From positions 136,898 through 200,897 of the forward strand of contig CAZKCV010000001.1 in the NCBI GenBank assembly GCA_964551605.1: a stretch of DNA of 64,000 nucleotides, given 5' to 3'. This DNA is from an uncultured Gammaproteobacteria bacterium (lineage in GTDB: Bacteria > Patescibacteriota > Microgenomatia > Daviesbacterales > UBA10151). Numbering within the stretch: position 1 is the first letter of the stretch; each line of letters opens with the position of its first letter. Both the position numbers and the translations under genes were made by a program. Shown piece by piece: positions 27,514 to 36,947 of this stretch. The notes under the pieces were generated by a model. It was not told the DNA's origin and did not search any database. It saw only the letters and a list, made by a program, of their open reading frames with translations.

Positions 27514-29385
27514 TTATTCTCCTAAGCTTTTTCCAGACTCTGTAGCTTGAGTATAAGCAGAGCTTGCGGCTTCGCCTAAAACATCCTTTATTAAATTACT
27601 TTTATCAGGAGAAAAATAGTAGCGGTAAGCTTCCTTGGCAATCGGGGCTGCCACTGAAGAACCTTCTCCTCCGCCTTCTATTAAAATAGTCAGGACAATT
27701 TTAGGATCATCAACCGGGGCATATGAGGTATACCAGGCATGAGTACGGTTTTTCGGATCACCAAACTCAGCCGTACCGGTTTTGCCGGCTGTCTGAATAG
27801 GAAAAGTAAAAAACGGCCAGGCTGTCCCGCCCTCCTTCGGTACCAGGATCAATCCCTTTTTCACCAGCCCAACCTTTTCTTTTGAGATCAAATATCCAAC
27901 AAGCACTTGTTGCTTTTCTGAAAGCAATAGTTGTGGTTTATATAAAATGCCGTCCGTGGCAATATAACTGGTAATCCCCAAAATCTGCAAAGGCGTAGTC
28001 AAAACAAACCCCTGGCCTATTGCCATGTGAAGAGTATCTCCCGGATACCAGGGCAGGTCATAAGTTTTTTGTTTCCAAGCATCATCCGGCACCAACCCTT
28101 CAACTTCACCGGGCAAATCAATGTTAAGCTTGGAGCCTAAGAATAATTTCCTTGACCATTCAGTTAATGATTGTTCCCCGATCAACCGGGCAACTTCATA
28201 AAAATAAATGTCATTCGAGCGCTGCAGCGCCTTTACCAAATTTACCGCACCCTCTGTCTTACCATACTGGTTAAAGTACCAATTACTGAATTTATACGGC
28301 CCCAAGTACAATACTCCGTTATCCTGAAAGGTAGTCTTTTCGCTGACTTTTCCGGAGTTGAGTGCAGCCAGGGATGAAATAATTTTATAGGTGGAACCGG
28401 GCGGGTAAGTGCCTCCGATCACCCGGTTGAGAACCGGGGCAGCAGGATTTAGGAAAATTTCACTAATAGCCCGGTCATCAGGGTTTTTAGTAAATATATT
28501 AGGGTCAAAAGAAGGCAGGGATAAAAGTGCCAAAATTTTTCCGTTACCCGGATCTGCGGCCACAGCCGCCCCGCAGCAGCTGTTGGTTTTTTGTAAGGCC
28601 TCTTTCATTAAATCAAAAAGCCGCTCCTGTAGGGCTGCATCCGTAGATAAGTAAACATTTTGTCCGGGTATTGGCGGTTTCATCCGCAAGGTCCGGATTT
28701 TGCGGCCTAAAGAATCTACCTCAATAATTTCCCCGCCATCTATTCCGCGTAAAGTTTTTTCATATTCGGCCTCTATCCCCATCTGTCCCACCTGATCTCC
28801 CTGGCGGTAACCCTGATATTCTTTATTCTTTAATTGTGTTTCCGAAATCTCCCCCAAGAAACCAATCACGTGGGCAAATTTTTCTCCCAGCGGATAGTCT
28901 CGGACATTATCAACCTCCAGGCTTTGAGCCCGGGGATCTTTTTTGACCTCCCATTCCATAGCTTCTTCTCTGGTTACCAACCTGACTTTATGTCCGGCAG
29001 ATGCCGGATCAGTAAAACGAAAAGCCGGTGAGTTGGCTGCCAGGATTTTGCCGTTACGGTCAAAGATCACCCCCCGGGGAGCGTGAATAGTTTTGACTTG
29101 AATCCGGTTGCCATCTGCCAAATTCCTGTTTTCGCTGCCCCGGACAATTTGTAGGTGAAAAAGCCGCACAAAGATAACAAAAAAAGATACTAAACAAGCA
29201 ATGAAGAAAAATATTATCCTCCAGGTGTTTTCATCCAGTTTGTGTTCTTTTTCCGGATGGAAATTCGGTAACAAAAAATCAATCCAGTCAGCGGATGGTA
29301 CGTTTTGAAAATGTCCGGCTTTAGCCGTCACTTTTGCTATTTCTTCAGAAAAACCAGGGCCTAAATTTCGTTTTCTGCGGACCAT
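27514..29385 (-). CDS. mrdA: Penicillin-binding protein 2 (class B)
   Basis: APRG.I.DRNG, STYK, SND and KTG motifs; follows mreCD. Confidence 0.93.
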   Translation of the reverse strand: MVRRKRNLGPGFSEEIAKVTAKAGHFQNVPSADWIDFLLPNFHPEKEHKLDENTWRIIFFFIACLVSFFVIFVRLFHLQIVRGSENRNLADGNRIQVKTIHAPRGVIFDRNGKILAANSPAFRFTDPASAGHKVRLVTREEAMEWEVKKDPRAQSLEVDNVRDYPLGEKFAHVIGFLGEISETQLKNKEYQGYRQGDQVGQMGIEAEYEKTLRGIDGGEIIEVDSLGRKIRTLRMKPPIPGQNVYLSTDAALQERLFDLMKEALQKTNSCCGAAVAADPGNGKILALLSLPSFDPNIFTKNPDDRAISEIFLNPAAPVLNRVIGGTYPPGSTYKIISSLAALNSGKVSEKTTFQDNGVLYLGPYKFSNWYFNQYGKTEGAVNLVKALQRSNDIYFYEVARLIGEQSLTEWSRKLFLGSKLNIDLPGEVEGLVPDDAWKQKTYDLPWYPGDTLHMAIGQGFVLTTPLQILGITSYIATDGILYKPQLLLSEKQQVLVGYLISKEKVGLVKKGLILVPKEGGTAWPFFTFPIQTAGKTGTAEFGDPKNRTHAWYTSYAPVDDPKIVLTILIEGGGEGSSVAAPIAKEAYRYYFSPDKSNLIKDVLGEAASSAYTQATESGKSLGE

Positions 29386-29400
29386 AAATTGAATTTGTAA

Positions 29401-29844
29401 TTAAAGTTTTAATTTGATCTCTTTTTGAATAATGAATCTTTCCTCCCAAAGCCTGACCAGAAAAAGTATGGGCAAAGACAATAAAGAAGCTAGAATGAGC
29501 TTGGTGATTTCAAAGATACCCTGATTTGTAACGGAGTTGGCTAATTGATTCAGAGAAAGAAAAATGAAACTCATCGGTATTATAAGTAAGGGATTGCCGG
29601 CTAATCGGATTTTAGACAAGCTCTCTGTTGCCTGGATAAAAAGCAGATAAAGCAAACTTTGTAGTCCTAAGGGGCTTAGGTTAAGGTGTGAAGTCAGCAG
29701 CCCAAATCCAAAGGCTAAATAAAGATTTGTTCTATCTGACCGGATATAGGCCCGGCAAATTAAGATTAACAGCACAAGATCTACAGGCAAAATGGTAGTC
29801 TGCAGAAATGATGCAATGATTAAGATAATGATTAAAGTTTTCAT
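29401..29844 (-). CDS. mreD: Rod shape-determining protein MreD-like
   Basis: Hydrophobic 147 aa between mreC and pbp2. Confidence 0.7.
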   Translation of the reverse strand: MKTLIIILIIASFLQTTILPVDLVLLILICRAYIRSDRTNLYLAFGFGLLTSHLNLSPLGLQSLLYLLFIQATESLSKIRLAGNPLLIIPMSFIFLSLNQLANSVTNQGIFEITKLILASLLSLPILFLVRLWEERFIIQKEIKLKL

Positions 29845-29846
29845 AA

Positions 29847-30635
29847 TTATTCCCCAATTACAAATACTAATTCCAAATCTCTGATATCAAAAACCGGCTG
29901 AACTTTAGCTTGTTTAAATACTTCATTGGTCCGCTCCAGTATTTTTGTCACCCGGCCCAAAATTAAACCTCTGGGCAAAAATCCCTCCAAGCCTTCTGAA
30001 TAGACTAGATCCCCTTCGCTAATTTTTTCTTCATGTAAGATTTTATCCATTAGAATTTCCGTCCCAAACTGTCCTAGCAGGACTCCTTTTGCCTTGCCTT
30101 CCTTATTGACTGAAAATGCTGCTATTTTTGAATTGGGATCAGCCAAAAGCTCTATATTGGAAGCAACAGGGGTAACGGCAATTATCTTACCTATAAAATT
30201 ATCTTCAAAGATTACGGCCTGGCCGACTCTAATATTAGAATTTAGACCCTTGTCAATTTTTAAATGCCTGCCTAACCCAATCGGCCGGGCCGGTAAAAGG
30301 TTATAAGTATCCGGATCGAGGTGTTTTTCCTGGGAAACCAAAGCCTGTGTTTCTCCCAAGCTTTTCCGCAGTTCTGCGTTTTCCGAAAGCAGCTTTCCGA
30401 TTTGCTCTTTTAAGGCTTTATTTTCCTGAGCTGCAAACCGGGCCTGAAATATAAAATGAAATTGCTTGCCGATATTTCTGTTAGTATTATAGATCCCAAA
30501 AGAAACAGGATTGGTAATAAAATAAAGTAGCTGCTTTGGTAAATTTAACAGTTTAATCGTGTCCAAAAATAAGACCAGTAAACTAAAAACACCTAGAATT
30601 AAAAATATTTTAATGCCGGGGATAACTTTTGTCAC
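29847..30635 (-). CDS. mreC: Rod shape-determining protein MreC
   Basis: TM helix, coiled coil (ENKALK..ENAELR), IDKG, PRGLILGRV. Confidence 0.92.
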   Translation of the reverse strand: MTKVIPGIKIFLILGVFSLLVLFLDTIKLLNLPKQLLYFITNPVSFGIYNTNRNIGKQFHFIFQARFAAQENKALKEQIGKLLSENAELRKSLGETQALVSQEKHLDPDTYNLLPARPIGLGRHLKIDKGLNSNIRVGQAVIFEDNFIGKIIAVTPVASNIELLADPNSKIAAFSVNKEGKAKGVLLGQFGTEILMDKILHEEKISEGDLVYSEGLEGFLPRGLILGRVTKILERTNEVFKQAKVQPVFDIRDLELVFVIGE

Positions 30636-30693
30636 TGCCGATCAATATACCATAGCTTGTTTAAGCAAACAAACCTTTATATAATAAAGCGAC

Positions 30694-31533
30694 ATGGCTG
30701 CAGATCAAACTTTTCTAGATAAATTAAAGGCTAAATGGAAACAAAACAAATTCGTCTGCGTGGGTCTGGATAAGCAAAGCTTGAGATCTAAAGATCTTAA
30801 GCAAAGCTTGCCATCTAGCGATGGTAAAGGCAATTTTGAGTTTTACAAGAATATTATCGACCAAACTTTTGACCTGGTACTCGCTTATAAACCGAATATC
30901 GCATTCTACGAAGCTGAAGGCACTGCCGGCTTGGAAACCCTGAAAAGAACCGTCCAATATATCCGGGAAAAAGATTCGGAAATGCCGATAATTTTGGATG
31001 CTAAAAGAGGTGACATCGGCAGCACCAATGAAGCCTATGTGAAAGCCATCTTTGATGATTTAGGGGTTGACGCAGTCACTATTCACCCGTATCTGGGTAA
31101 AGAAGCAGTAGAGCCGTTTTTGCGCAGAACTGATAAAGGAATTATCGTTTTAGTCAGAACATCAAACCCCGGGGCCGGAGAATTCCAGGATTTAGAAGTT
31201 TACCCTGAGCGAAGTCGAAGGGGAAAACCACTTTATCAGGTTGTGGCTGAGCATGTAGCCAAAGGATGGAATCAAAACAACAATTGTGCCGTGGTGGTTG
31301 GAGCTACGTATCCTGATGAAATCAAAAAGGTCCGTGAGATTATAGGAGACATGCCGATTTTAGTACCGGGTATTGGAGCCCAGGGCGGAGATTTAGAAAA
31401 TACCCTCAAAAACGGCCTAAACAGCCAAAAACAGGGTTTAATTATTTCCTCCTCCAGGGGAATTATTTTCGCTCCCAACCCCAGGGAAGCTACTTTAAAA
31501 CTACATCAGGATATAGTATCTTTACTCTCATGA
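30694..31533 (+). CDS. pyrF: Orotidine-5'-phosphate decarboxylase
   Basis: CVGLD, KPNIAFYE, DAKRGDIGST, RTSNPGA, PGIGAQGG. Confidence 0.96.
   Translation: MAADQTFLDKLKAKWKQNKFVCVGLDKQSLRSKDLKQSLPSSDGKGNFEFYKNIIDQTFDLVLAYKPNIAFYEAEGTAGLETLKRTVQYIREKDSEMPIILDAKRGDIGSTNEAYVKAIFDDLGVDAVTIHPYLGKEAVEPFLRRTDKGIIVLVRTSNPGAGEFQDLEVYPERSRRGKPLYQVVAEHVAKGWNQNNNCAVVVGATYPDEIKKVREIIGDMPILVPGIGAQGGDLENTLKNGLNSQKQGLIISSSRGIIFAPNPREATLKLHQDIVSLLS
30771..30824. repeat. Tandem TAAGCAAAGCTTG + hairpin units inside pyrF
   Basis: 13-mer at 30771 and 30798, each followed by a hairpin (AGATCT-AA-AGATCT; CCATC-TAGC-GATGG); encodes KQSLRSKDLKQSLPSSDG. Confidence 0.75.
31198..31222. repeat. GTTTACCCTGAGCGAAGTCGAAGGG mini-palindrome, in frame in pyrF
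   Basis: Encodes VYPERSRR. Confidence 0.8.
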
Positions 31534-32177
31534 ATAACACCTCAGAACAAGTTGCCAAAATCTTACTAGACCTGCACGCAATTTCCTTAAACTCCCAGGA
31601 GCCATTCAGATATGACTCAGGAATTTTGAGCCCGGTTTATATTGATAACCGTATCCTAGTTAGTTATCCAAAACAAAGACAAACGATCCGGGATCTATAC
31701 ATAGATGCCATGAAATCCACGGGAGAACATTTTGATTTAATTGCCGCCACTGCCACAGCCGGCATTCCTCACGCGGCCTGGATTGCCGATAAACTAAATC
31801 TACCAATGGTATATGTCAGAGGCAAAGCCAAAGACCACGGAAAAAGAAACCGAGTGGAAGGTATTGTTGAAAAAGGGGCCAATGTAGCAGTAATAGAAGA
31901 TTTAATTTCTACCGGAGAATCATCTATTGAAACTGCTGAAGCAGTCAGGCAGGCCGGTGGAAAAGTTTCCTATATTTTTGCCATCATCACATATGACATG
32001 GAAAAATCCAAAGAGAATTTTCAGAAAAACAAACTCAAATTAATCCCTTTAACCACCTTTAAAGAGGTTTTAAACTTGGCCCAAAATTTAGGTAAAATCT
32101 CCCAAAAAGAAAATGAAATAATCCTGGATTGGACTAAAGATCCCGAGTCCTGGGGCAAAACAAACGGGTTTAAGTAA
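31530..32177 (+). CDS. pyrE: Orotate phosphoribosyltransferase
   Basis: SGILSPVYIDNR, YVR.KAKDHG, VIEDLISTGES. Confidence 0.96.
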   Translation: MNNTSEQVAKILLDLHAISLNSQEPFRYDSGILSPVYIDNRILVSYPKQRQTIRDLYIDAMKSTGEHFDLIAATATAGIPHAAWIADKLNLPMVYVRGKAKDHGKRNRVEGIVEKGANVAVIEDLISTGESSIETAEAVRQAGGKVSYIFAIITYDMEKSKENFQKNKLKLIPLTTFKEVLNLAQNLGKISQKENEIILDWTKDPESWGKTNGFK

Positions 32178-33264
32178 TTTTTTCTTTGACCCCTTTGGCC
32201 AAATAGGGGTTCCACATGGCTCCGGTGGCACTCATTACAGCATCTGCTCCGGCATTTTTGAATTCAAAATAATCCTCAGCCTTAGTTACGCCTCCGACAC
32301 CAATTATTTTTATATCAGCCTCGGCTTCCTGTCTAAATTTAGCCAACCTTTCTACCATATCCAATCCCGCCCATTTAATGGCAGTTCCGCAAACTCCTGA
32401 CCGGAGCCTATTTTTTCCCGGTAACGCCTGATTACCCACCTGGTCCACCACTTCTGCAGAAATAGTGTTAATAGCTGCAATTCCCTGGGCATACTTACCG
32501 GCTATCTCTATTAGCCTCTTTAAATCTGCATCATTTTGGTAATAACCCACTTTTAAAATCAACGGAATATCCCCGATTTCTTTTCTAATGGCCTTAGCCA
32601 CCTTTTCCGTCATTTCCAGGTTATAGCAAACTAAACCTTCGTTGCCGATATTAGGGCAGGATAAATTAGCTTCCAGCAACTTGGCACCGGTTTCAGCTGA
32701 TAATTTGGCAGCCAGGGCATAATCAGCCACAAATTCTTCCGGAGTTTGATTTTCCCTGACAGTTCCCATAAAGCTCAGCACTAAAACCTGGCCTTTGCCG
32801 GCATAAGTAATGGCCGCTTTAACATCTTCCTGCCAGACACTTGGCTCTTTGGAAGGCACCCCAAAGGAGTTAGTAATGGATAGAGGCTCAGAGTAATTAT
32901 TATCTGCAATAAGCTTAGTTTGAGCTTTTGCAGGGGTCAAATCACCTTCGATTTTTACAGCCAAAATATTGGGAAAAGGGTGACAGGGAAAGGTGCTGCT
33001 TCTGACAGTTTTATAAACACAAATATCAAAGCCTTTTTGAAAAGCGCTCTTGCAAAACTTAGCATTTATCAGTGGACCTGCCGGAATTCCGAATGGAGTA
33101 AAAACTTTTTGCCCTAAAAAATCCTCTGTTGGTTTACCCTGAGTCCCTCGACTTCGCTCGGGATCTTCGGCTTCGCCTTCGGCAAAAACTCCAAACGGCC
33201 CCTGGTCATAATTTTCTTCATAGCTTCTATTAGGATCATAAAAGGGAGTTTGCAACATGATCAA
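32170..33264 (-). CDS. pyrD: Dihydroorotate dehydrogenase family protein
   Basis: EANLSCPN, AAINT, SGVCG, IIGVGGV; adjacent to pyrEF. Confidence 0.82.
   Translation of the reverse strand: MIMLQTPFYDPNRSYEENYDQGPFGVFAEGEAEDPERSRGTQGKPTEDFLGQKVFTPFGIPAGPLINAKFCKSAFQKGFDICVYKTVRSSTFPCHPFPNILAVKIEGDLTPAKAQTKLIADNNYSEPLSITNSFGVPSKEPSVWQEDVKAAITYAGKGQVLVLSFMGTVRENQTPEEFVADYALAAKLSAETGAKLLEANLSCPNIGNEGLVCYNLEMTEKVAKAIRKEIGDIPLILKVGYYQNDADLKRLIEIAGKYAQGIAAINTISAEVVDQVGNQALPGKNRLRSGVCGTAIKWAGLDMVERLAKFRQEAEADIKIIGVGGVTKAEDYFEFKNAGADAVMSATGAMWNPYLAKGVKEKIT
33132..33183. repeat. Composite GTTTACCCTGAG element, in frame in pyrD
   Basis: GTTTACCCTGAG + TCCCTCGACTTCGCTCGGGA + CTTCGGCTTCGCCTTCGGC; encodes AEGEAEDPERSRGTQGK. 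Confidence 0.75.
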
Positions 33265-33283
33265 ATTTTAACATATAAAAATC

Positions 33284-33374
33284 GTCATTGCGAGGAACGA
33301 GTCATCGAGTGACGTGGCAATCTTGATGTGGGATTCATCCGACCTAGATTGCTTCGCTAATCGCTCGCAATGAC
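33284..33374. repeat. GTCATTGCGA palindromic dimer, intergenic (mreB-pyrD)
   Basis: CGTCATTGCGAG...CTCGCAATGACG; 91 nt. Confidence 0.92.
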
Positions 33375-33393
33375 GTAAGGCAATAACTTTGGT

Positions 33394-34458
33394 CTACCTT
33401 AATCCACCTGTTACTTTCACCTTAGAAAGCAAATTCAGGTTATCCAAGACTTCTCCGCAGCCGCGGACTACTGTAGTCAGCGGATCATCGGAAACATAAA
33501 CCGGCAGCTTGGTTTCTTCAGCAATTCTTTTATCCAATCCCCGCAGGAGTGCCCCACCGCCTGCCAGAAATATTCCTCTCTCTACTATATCCGTTAAGAG
33601 TTCCGGCGGAGTTTCTTCTAAAATTTCCTGGACACCGGAAATCATCTGGGTAATTGTAGGGGTCAAAGCTTCCCTGATTTCAGCAGCAGAAACTTTTATT
33701 GATTTAGGTAATCCTGTTGAAAGATCCCGGCCACGGATGACTGTAGCACTATCCTCTTTATCCTTACCGGGATAGGCCGAACCTATTTCTATTTTGACAT
33801 CTTCGGCAGTCCGCTCCCCGATCAACATTCCATACCTGATCCGCATGTAATTTATAATCTCTTCATCCAGCTCATCTCCGGCAATTCGGAGCGACCTATT
33901 AATTACCATTCCGCCTAAAGATATAATTGCCATTTCTGTGGTCCCTCCGCCAATATCTACAATCATCACCCCCTCTGGATCTTCAACCGGAAGTTTTGCA
34001 CCTATTGCCGCAGCCATTGGTTCTTCAATCAGATAAGCTTCCCTGGCTCCGGCTGATAAACAGGCATCCTGCACTGCCCTCCTCTCAACAGGGGTTACAC
34101 CCGAAGGAATGCCTACTACTACCCGGGGCCTGGGGATCTTTGGCAACGAAAAAATCCCGCTCCCCGGATTATTATGAACTTTCTGGATAAAATAACGAAG
34201 CATGGCTTCGGTAGTGTCAAAATCAGAAATTACTCCATCCCGCAAGGGCCTGACTGCCTCTATTGCTGCCGGGGTCCTGCCTAACATCCTTTTGGCTTCC
34301 CGCCCGATTGCTAAAACCTGCCGGGTTTTTTTATGAAGCGCTACAACAGTAGGCTCCCGGATGACAATACCCTTACCTTTGACCAACACCAGAGTATTAA
34401 CAGTACCCAAATCTATACCAATATCATAGGAGAGAAGCTGCCAGATTTTCCCAAACAT
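33394..34458 (-). CDS. mreB: Rod shape-determining protein MreB
   Basis: IGIDLGT, RPLRDGVI, EEPMAAAIGA, DIGGGTTE. Confidence 0.98.
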   Translation of the reverse strand: MFGKIWQLLSYDIGIDLGTVNTLVLVKGKGIVIREPTVVALHKKTRQVLAIGREAKRMLGRTPAAIEAVRPLRDGVISDFDTTEAMLRYFIQKVHNNPGSGIFSLPKIPRPRVVVGIPSGVTPVERRAVQDACLSAGAREAYLIEEPMAAAIGAKLPVEDPEGVMIVDIGGGTTEMAIISLGGMVINRSLRIAGDELDEEIINYMRIRYGMLIGERTAEDVKIEIGSAYPGKDKEDSATVIRGRDLSTGLPKSIKVSAAEIREALTPTITQMISGVQEILEETPPELLTDIVERGIFLAGGGALLRGLDKRIAEETKLPVYVSDDPLTTVVRGCGEVLDNLNLLSKVKVTGGLR

Positions 34459-34477
34459 GATGGGAGTTTAACATATC

Positions 34478-34972
34478 TTAAACTTTTAAGAAATTGCCCA
34501 CTATTAAACCTATGGCGGTGGCCAATCCTCCAATCACTAACATCTCGGAGGCGCTCCGGAAGGCTTTCTCCTGAACAATTTTGCCCTTAAAATAACCTAC
34601 TGCAAAAAGGGCTACCAGGGCACCTATTACACTGACAAACCTGGCTATTTCTACCGGTAAAATGATAAACGGCATAATCGGCACCATGCCGGCCAGAAAA
34701 TAGGAAACAAACATTAAAACTGCATCCATTAATAAATCGTCTTTATGCCTATGCCTTTTATCCATCTGGTGAACTGCTTTCTCGGAAGAATATTCACCGG
34801 CTGCCATGGAAGAAGCTTCCACGGAAATGGCTACGAAAGAAGCCAAAATAATAACTGCCTGGTTAGGGGCCCCGACTGAAATACCCACCACCACCCCAGT
34901 GGTGGAAACCAGCCCGTCCTGCAGCCCAAATATCACACTTCTTAAATAATCTTCATCTAATCTAATTTTCAT
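34478..34972 (-). CDS. VIT1/CCC1 family transporter
   Basis: IFGLQDGLVST and SMAAGEYSS motifs. Confidence 0.9.
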   Translation of the reverse strand: MKIRLDEDYLRSVIFGLQDGLVSTTGVVVGISVGAPNQAVIILASFVAISVEASSMAAGEYSSEKAVHQMDKRHRHKDDLLMDAVLMFVSYFLAGMVPIMPFIILPVEIARFVSVIGALVALFAVGYFKGKIVQEKAFRSASEMLVIGGLATAIGLIVGNFLKV

Positions 34973-35272
34973 TTAACTAGGATTAAACCTGAATTGCACT
35001 TGTAAAGAAGCTCCCAGAACCTTAGCTAACCTTTTGAGGAAGGAGAGTGAAGGGATTGTTCTGGCATTTTCCACCCGGGAAATCACTGATTGCTTGGTTT
35101 TCATCCGTTTAGCAATTTGAGCCTGAGTTAGACCTTTTTCAAGTCGCGCTTTAATAAGCGCATGAGCTATTTCAAATTCAAGCCGCGTTTCTTCAGCAGC
35201 TTCCTTGAACCCTGGTCTTTGCAATAGCTCCTTTTCAAAATCTTCCCACTTAACATAATTCAGCTTTTTCAT
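34973..35272 (-). CDS. XRE-family HTH protein (HigA-like antitoxin)
   Basis: ARLEKGLTQAQIA...QSVISRVEN..PSL. Confidence 0.85.
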   Translation of the reverse strand: MKKLNYVKWEDFEKELLQRPGFKEAAEETRLEFEIAHALIKARLEKGLTQAQIAKRMKTKQSVISRVENARTIPSLSFLKRLAKVLGASLQVQFRFNPS

Positions 35273-35295
35273 AATTTGATATTATCACAATTTTG

Positions 35296-35391
35296 CTATA
35301 ATTGCAATAATCTAATTCGTCTTTTATGGTCTACTAATCTTTCTTCTGCTATCCTAATCTCTTTAGACAGAATCTGCCACTTTTCTCCCAT
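35296..35391 (-). pseudogene. Internally deleted RelE/HigB-like toxin remnant (31 aa)
   Basis: Hand translation MGEKWQILSKEIRIAEERLVDHKRRIRLLQL; KEI.IAE.R resembles the C-terminal helix of Gp49/HigB toxins; sits in the toxin position upstream of the HTH gene. Confidence 0.6.
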
Positions 35392-35419
35392 AACCCCAGT
35401 ATATCAGGAAGAATTTTGA

Positions 35420-36853
35420 TTATTCTTTCTGATCTTCTCTATCAAGTATACCGGGATAAACAATGCTCGCTTGGAAGAAATTATCAACTTCCCTTTGACT
35501 AATTCCTTTCCTGCGGGCATCTAAAGAAATTATTCCGTAAGTTGCTAAAACAGCGGCATAAACAAAGGGCGTTGCAGCAATATTGATTAAATCCTCCCCT
35601 CTTCTTTTGATCTTATTATGCAATTTATTAAAATTTTTCAACCAAGCTTGTGATTCTTCTATCTCGCTTTGAGGAACTGTTATTACTTCGGAAGCATCTT
35701 CAATAGTTCTTTTCCCCAACATCCTGGCTAAACCAGCATGGCCTGATTTTATCAAAATCATAGGTACCAGCGTTCGCAGATCATCCCTGAAAGCAGGATT
35801 TTGACATCGGAAGTAACAACTGTATAAACAACCAGGACATCCTTCAACAGCTTCCTCTTTTTTCTTTCTCCACTCCTGACTTTTTAAACTCACACCCGTT
35901 TCAAAACCAGTTCTTATTTCTGAACAAACACCTACCTCTCCTTTTTCTCCTAATGCCCGTATATGGATAAACTGATCTTGCACCGAATCACATTTCCACA
36001 ATTTATCACTAGGATTCATAACCCTTTCTAAATAATTCCAGCCGTCAATTAGAAAACCTCCTTTTCTTAGTGGTTCCAATTTTTGACAAACCATTTTTAT
36101 TTGCTCTAAAGTAGGGACATTACTCTTAGTAGGCGCTGTCGAAAATCCCTGGCCGATTTCTTGAACTATTGATGTGCTAAAGAATACTCCATTTGCCGCA
36201 CAAGTCTTTGCTACTTTAGGAATAATATCAACTCTATCCTTGGTAAAAACAACGCTCACTGTTGGAACAATTCCCTCATTAGCTGCAGCTCTTGCCTTTC
36301 CTATAATACATCTTATACCAGCTTCAGTAGGAGAATGCAGGGAAAAGATTAAAAAATCCAATCCTACCTTTTTAAGTCTTGAGAGGTAAATTAAATTATC
36401 TAAATGATCTCCATTAGTGATGATGCTAGTAATCATACCTGAATTAGAAGCATGACCGATGATTTTTAATGCGTGATCTACGTAAGTATTACCTTCTTCT
36501 GTAATAAATGGGTCTAAGTTTTTCCTAAAATCTACGTACATTAAATTTGCCCCATTCAGGCACATTTGGTATCCCCCCTGACGTACTCCACCATCAAATT
36601 GACATCCTGCGAGAGATTCTCCCCCAACATATTGAAGAAACCTAAAACCCTCATCGTGTGCCCAATCTACTTGCTTTAAAGACTCAGCCACAGTAGAAAA
36701 TCTGCCAGTATTTTGCCTATTGTGCACATTGCAATAGCTACACGCTCTATTGCAGTTTGTAGGGCCTTCCATTATTGCCAAGCTGTGTCCATTTTTAGCA
36801 GCTTCATATGCTCCCCAGACTTTAGACACACCCTTTAAAACTTCTCTTAACAT
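35420..36853 (-). CDS. Radical SAM protein with C-terminal Cys cluster and TM tail
   Basis: CNRACSYC, GGE, ITNG, CPGCLYSC. Confidence 0.85.
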   Translation of the reverse strand: MLREVLKGVSKVWGAYEAAKNGHSLAIMEGPTNCNRACSYCNVHNRQNTGRFSTVAESLKQVDWAHDEGFRFLQYVGGESLAGCQFDGGVRQGGYQMCLNGANLMYVDFRKNLDPFITEEGNTYVDHALKIIGHASNSGMITSIITNGDHLDNLIYLSRLKKVGLDFLIFSLHSPTEAGIRCIIGKARAAANEGIVPTVSVVFTKDRVDIIPKVAKTCAANGVFFSTSIVQEIGQGFSTAPTKSNVPTLEQIKMVCQKLEPLRKGGFLIDGWNYLERVMNPSDKLWKCDSVQDQFIHIRALGEKGEVGVCSEIRTGFETGVSLKSQEWRKKKEEAVEGCPGCLYSCYFRCQNPAFRDDLRTLVPMILIKSGHAGLARMLGKRTIEDASEVITVPQSEIEESQAWLKNFNKLHNKIKRRGEDLINIAATPFVYAAVLATYGIISLDARRKGISQREVDNFFQASIVYPGILDREDQKE

Positions 36854-36947
36854 AGAGGCTATTATCCCATAACAACAAAACTACCGCAAATAAAACTACT
36901 TGCCCCTATCTACCTCTCTCTGTTAGGATAGAAACGAATACAAGCCA

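Noticed and set aside
28993-29008. TCCGGCAGATGCCGGA hairpin in mrdA (DPASAG)
   Set aside because: It resembles the hairpin near 1040 but is too short to distinguish from chance in a CCGG-rich genome.
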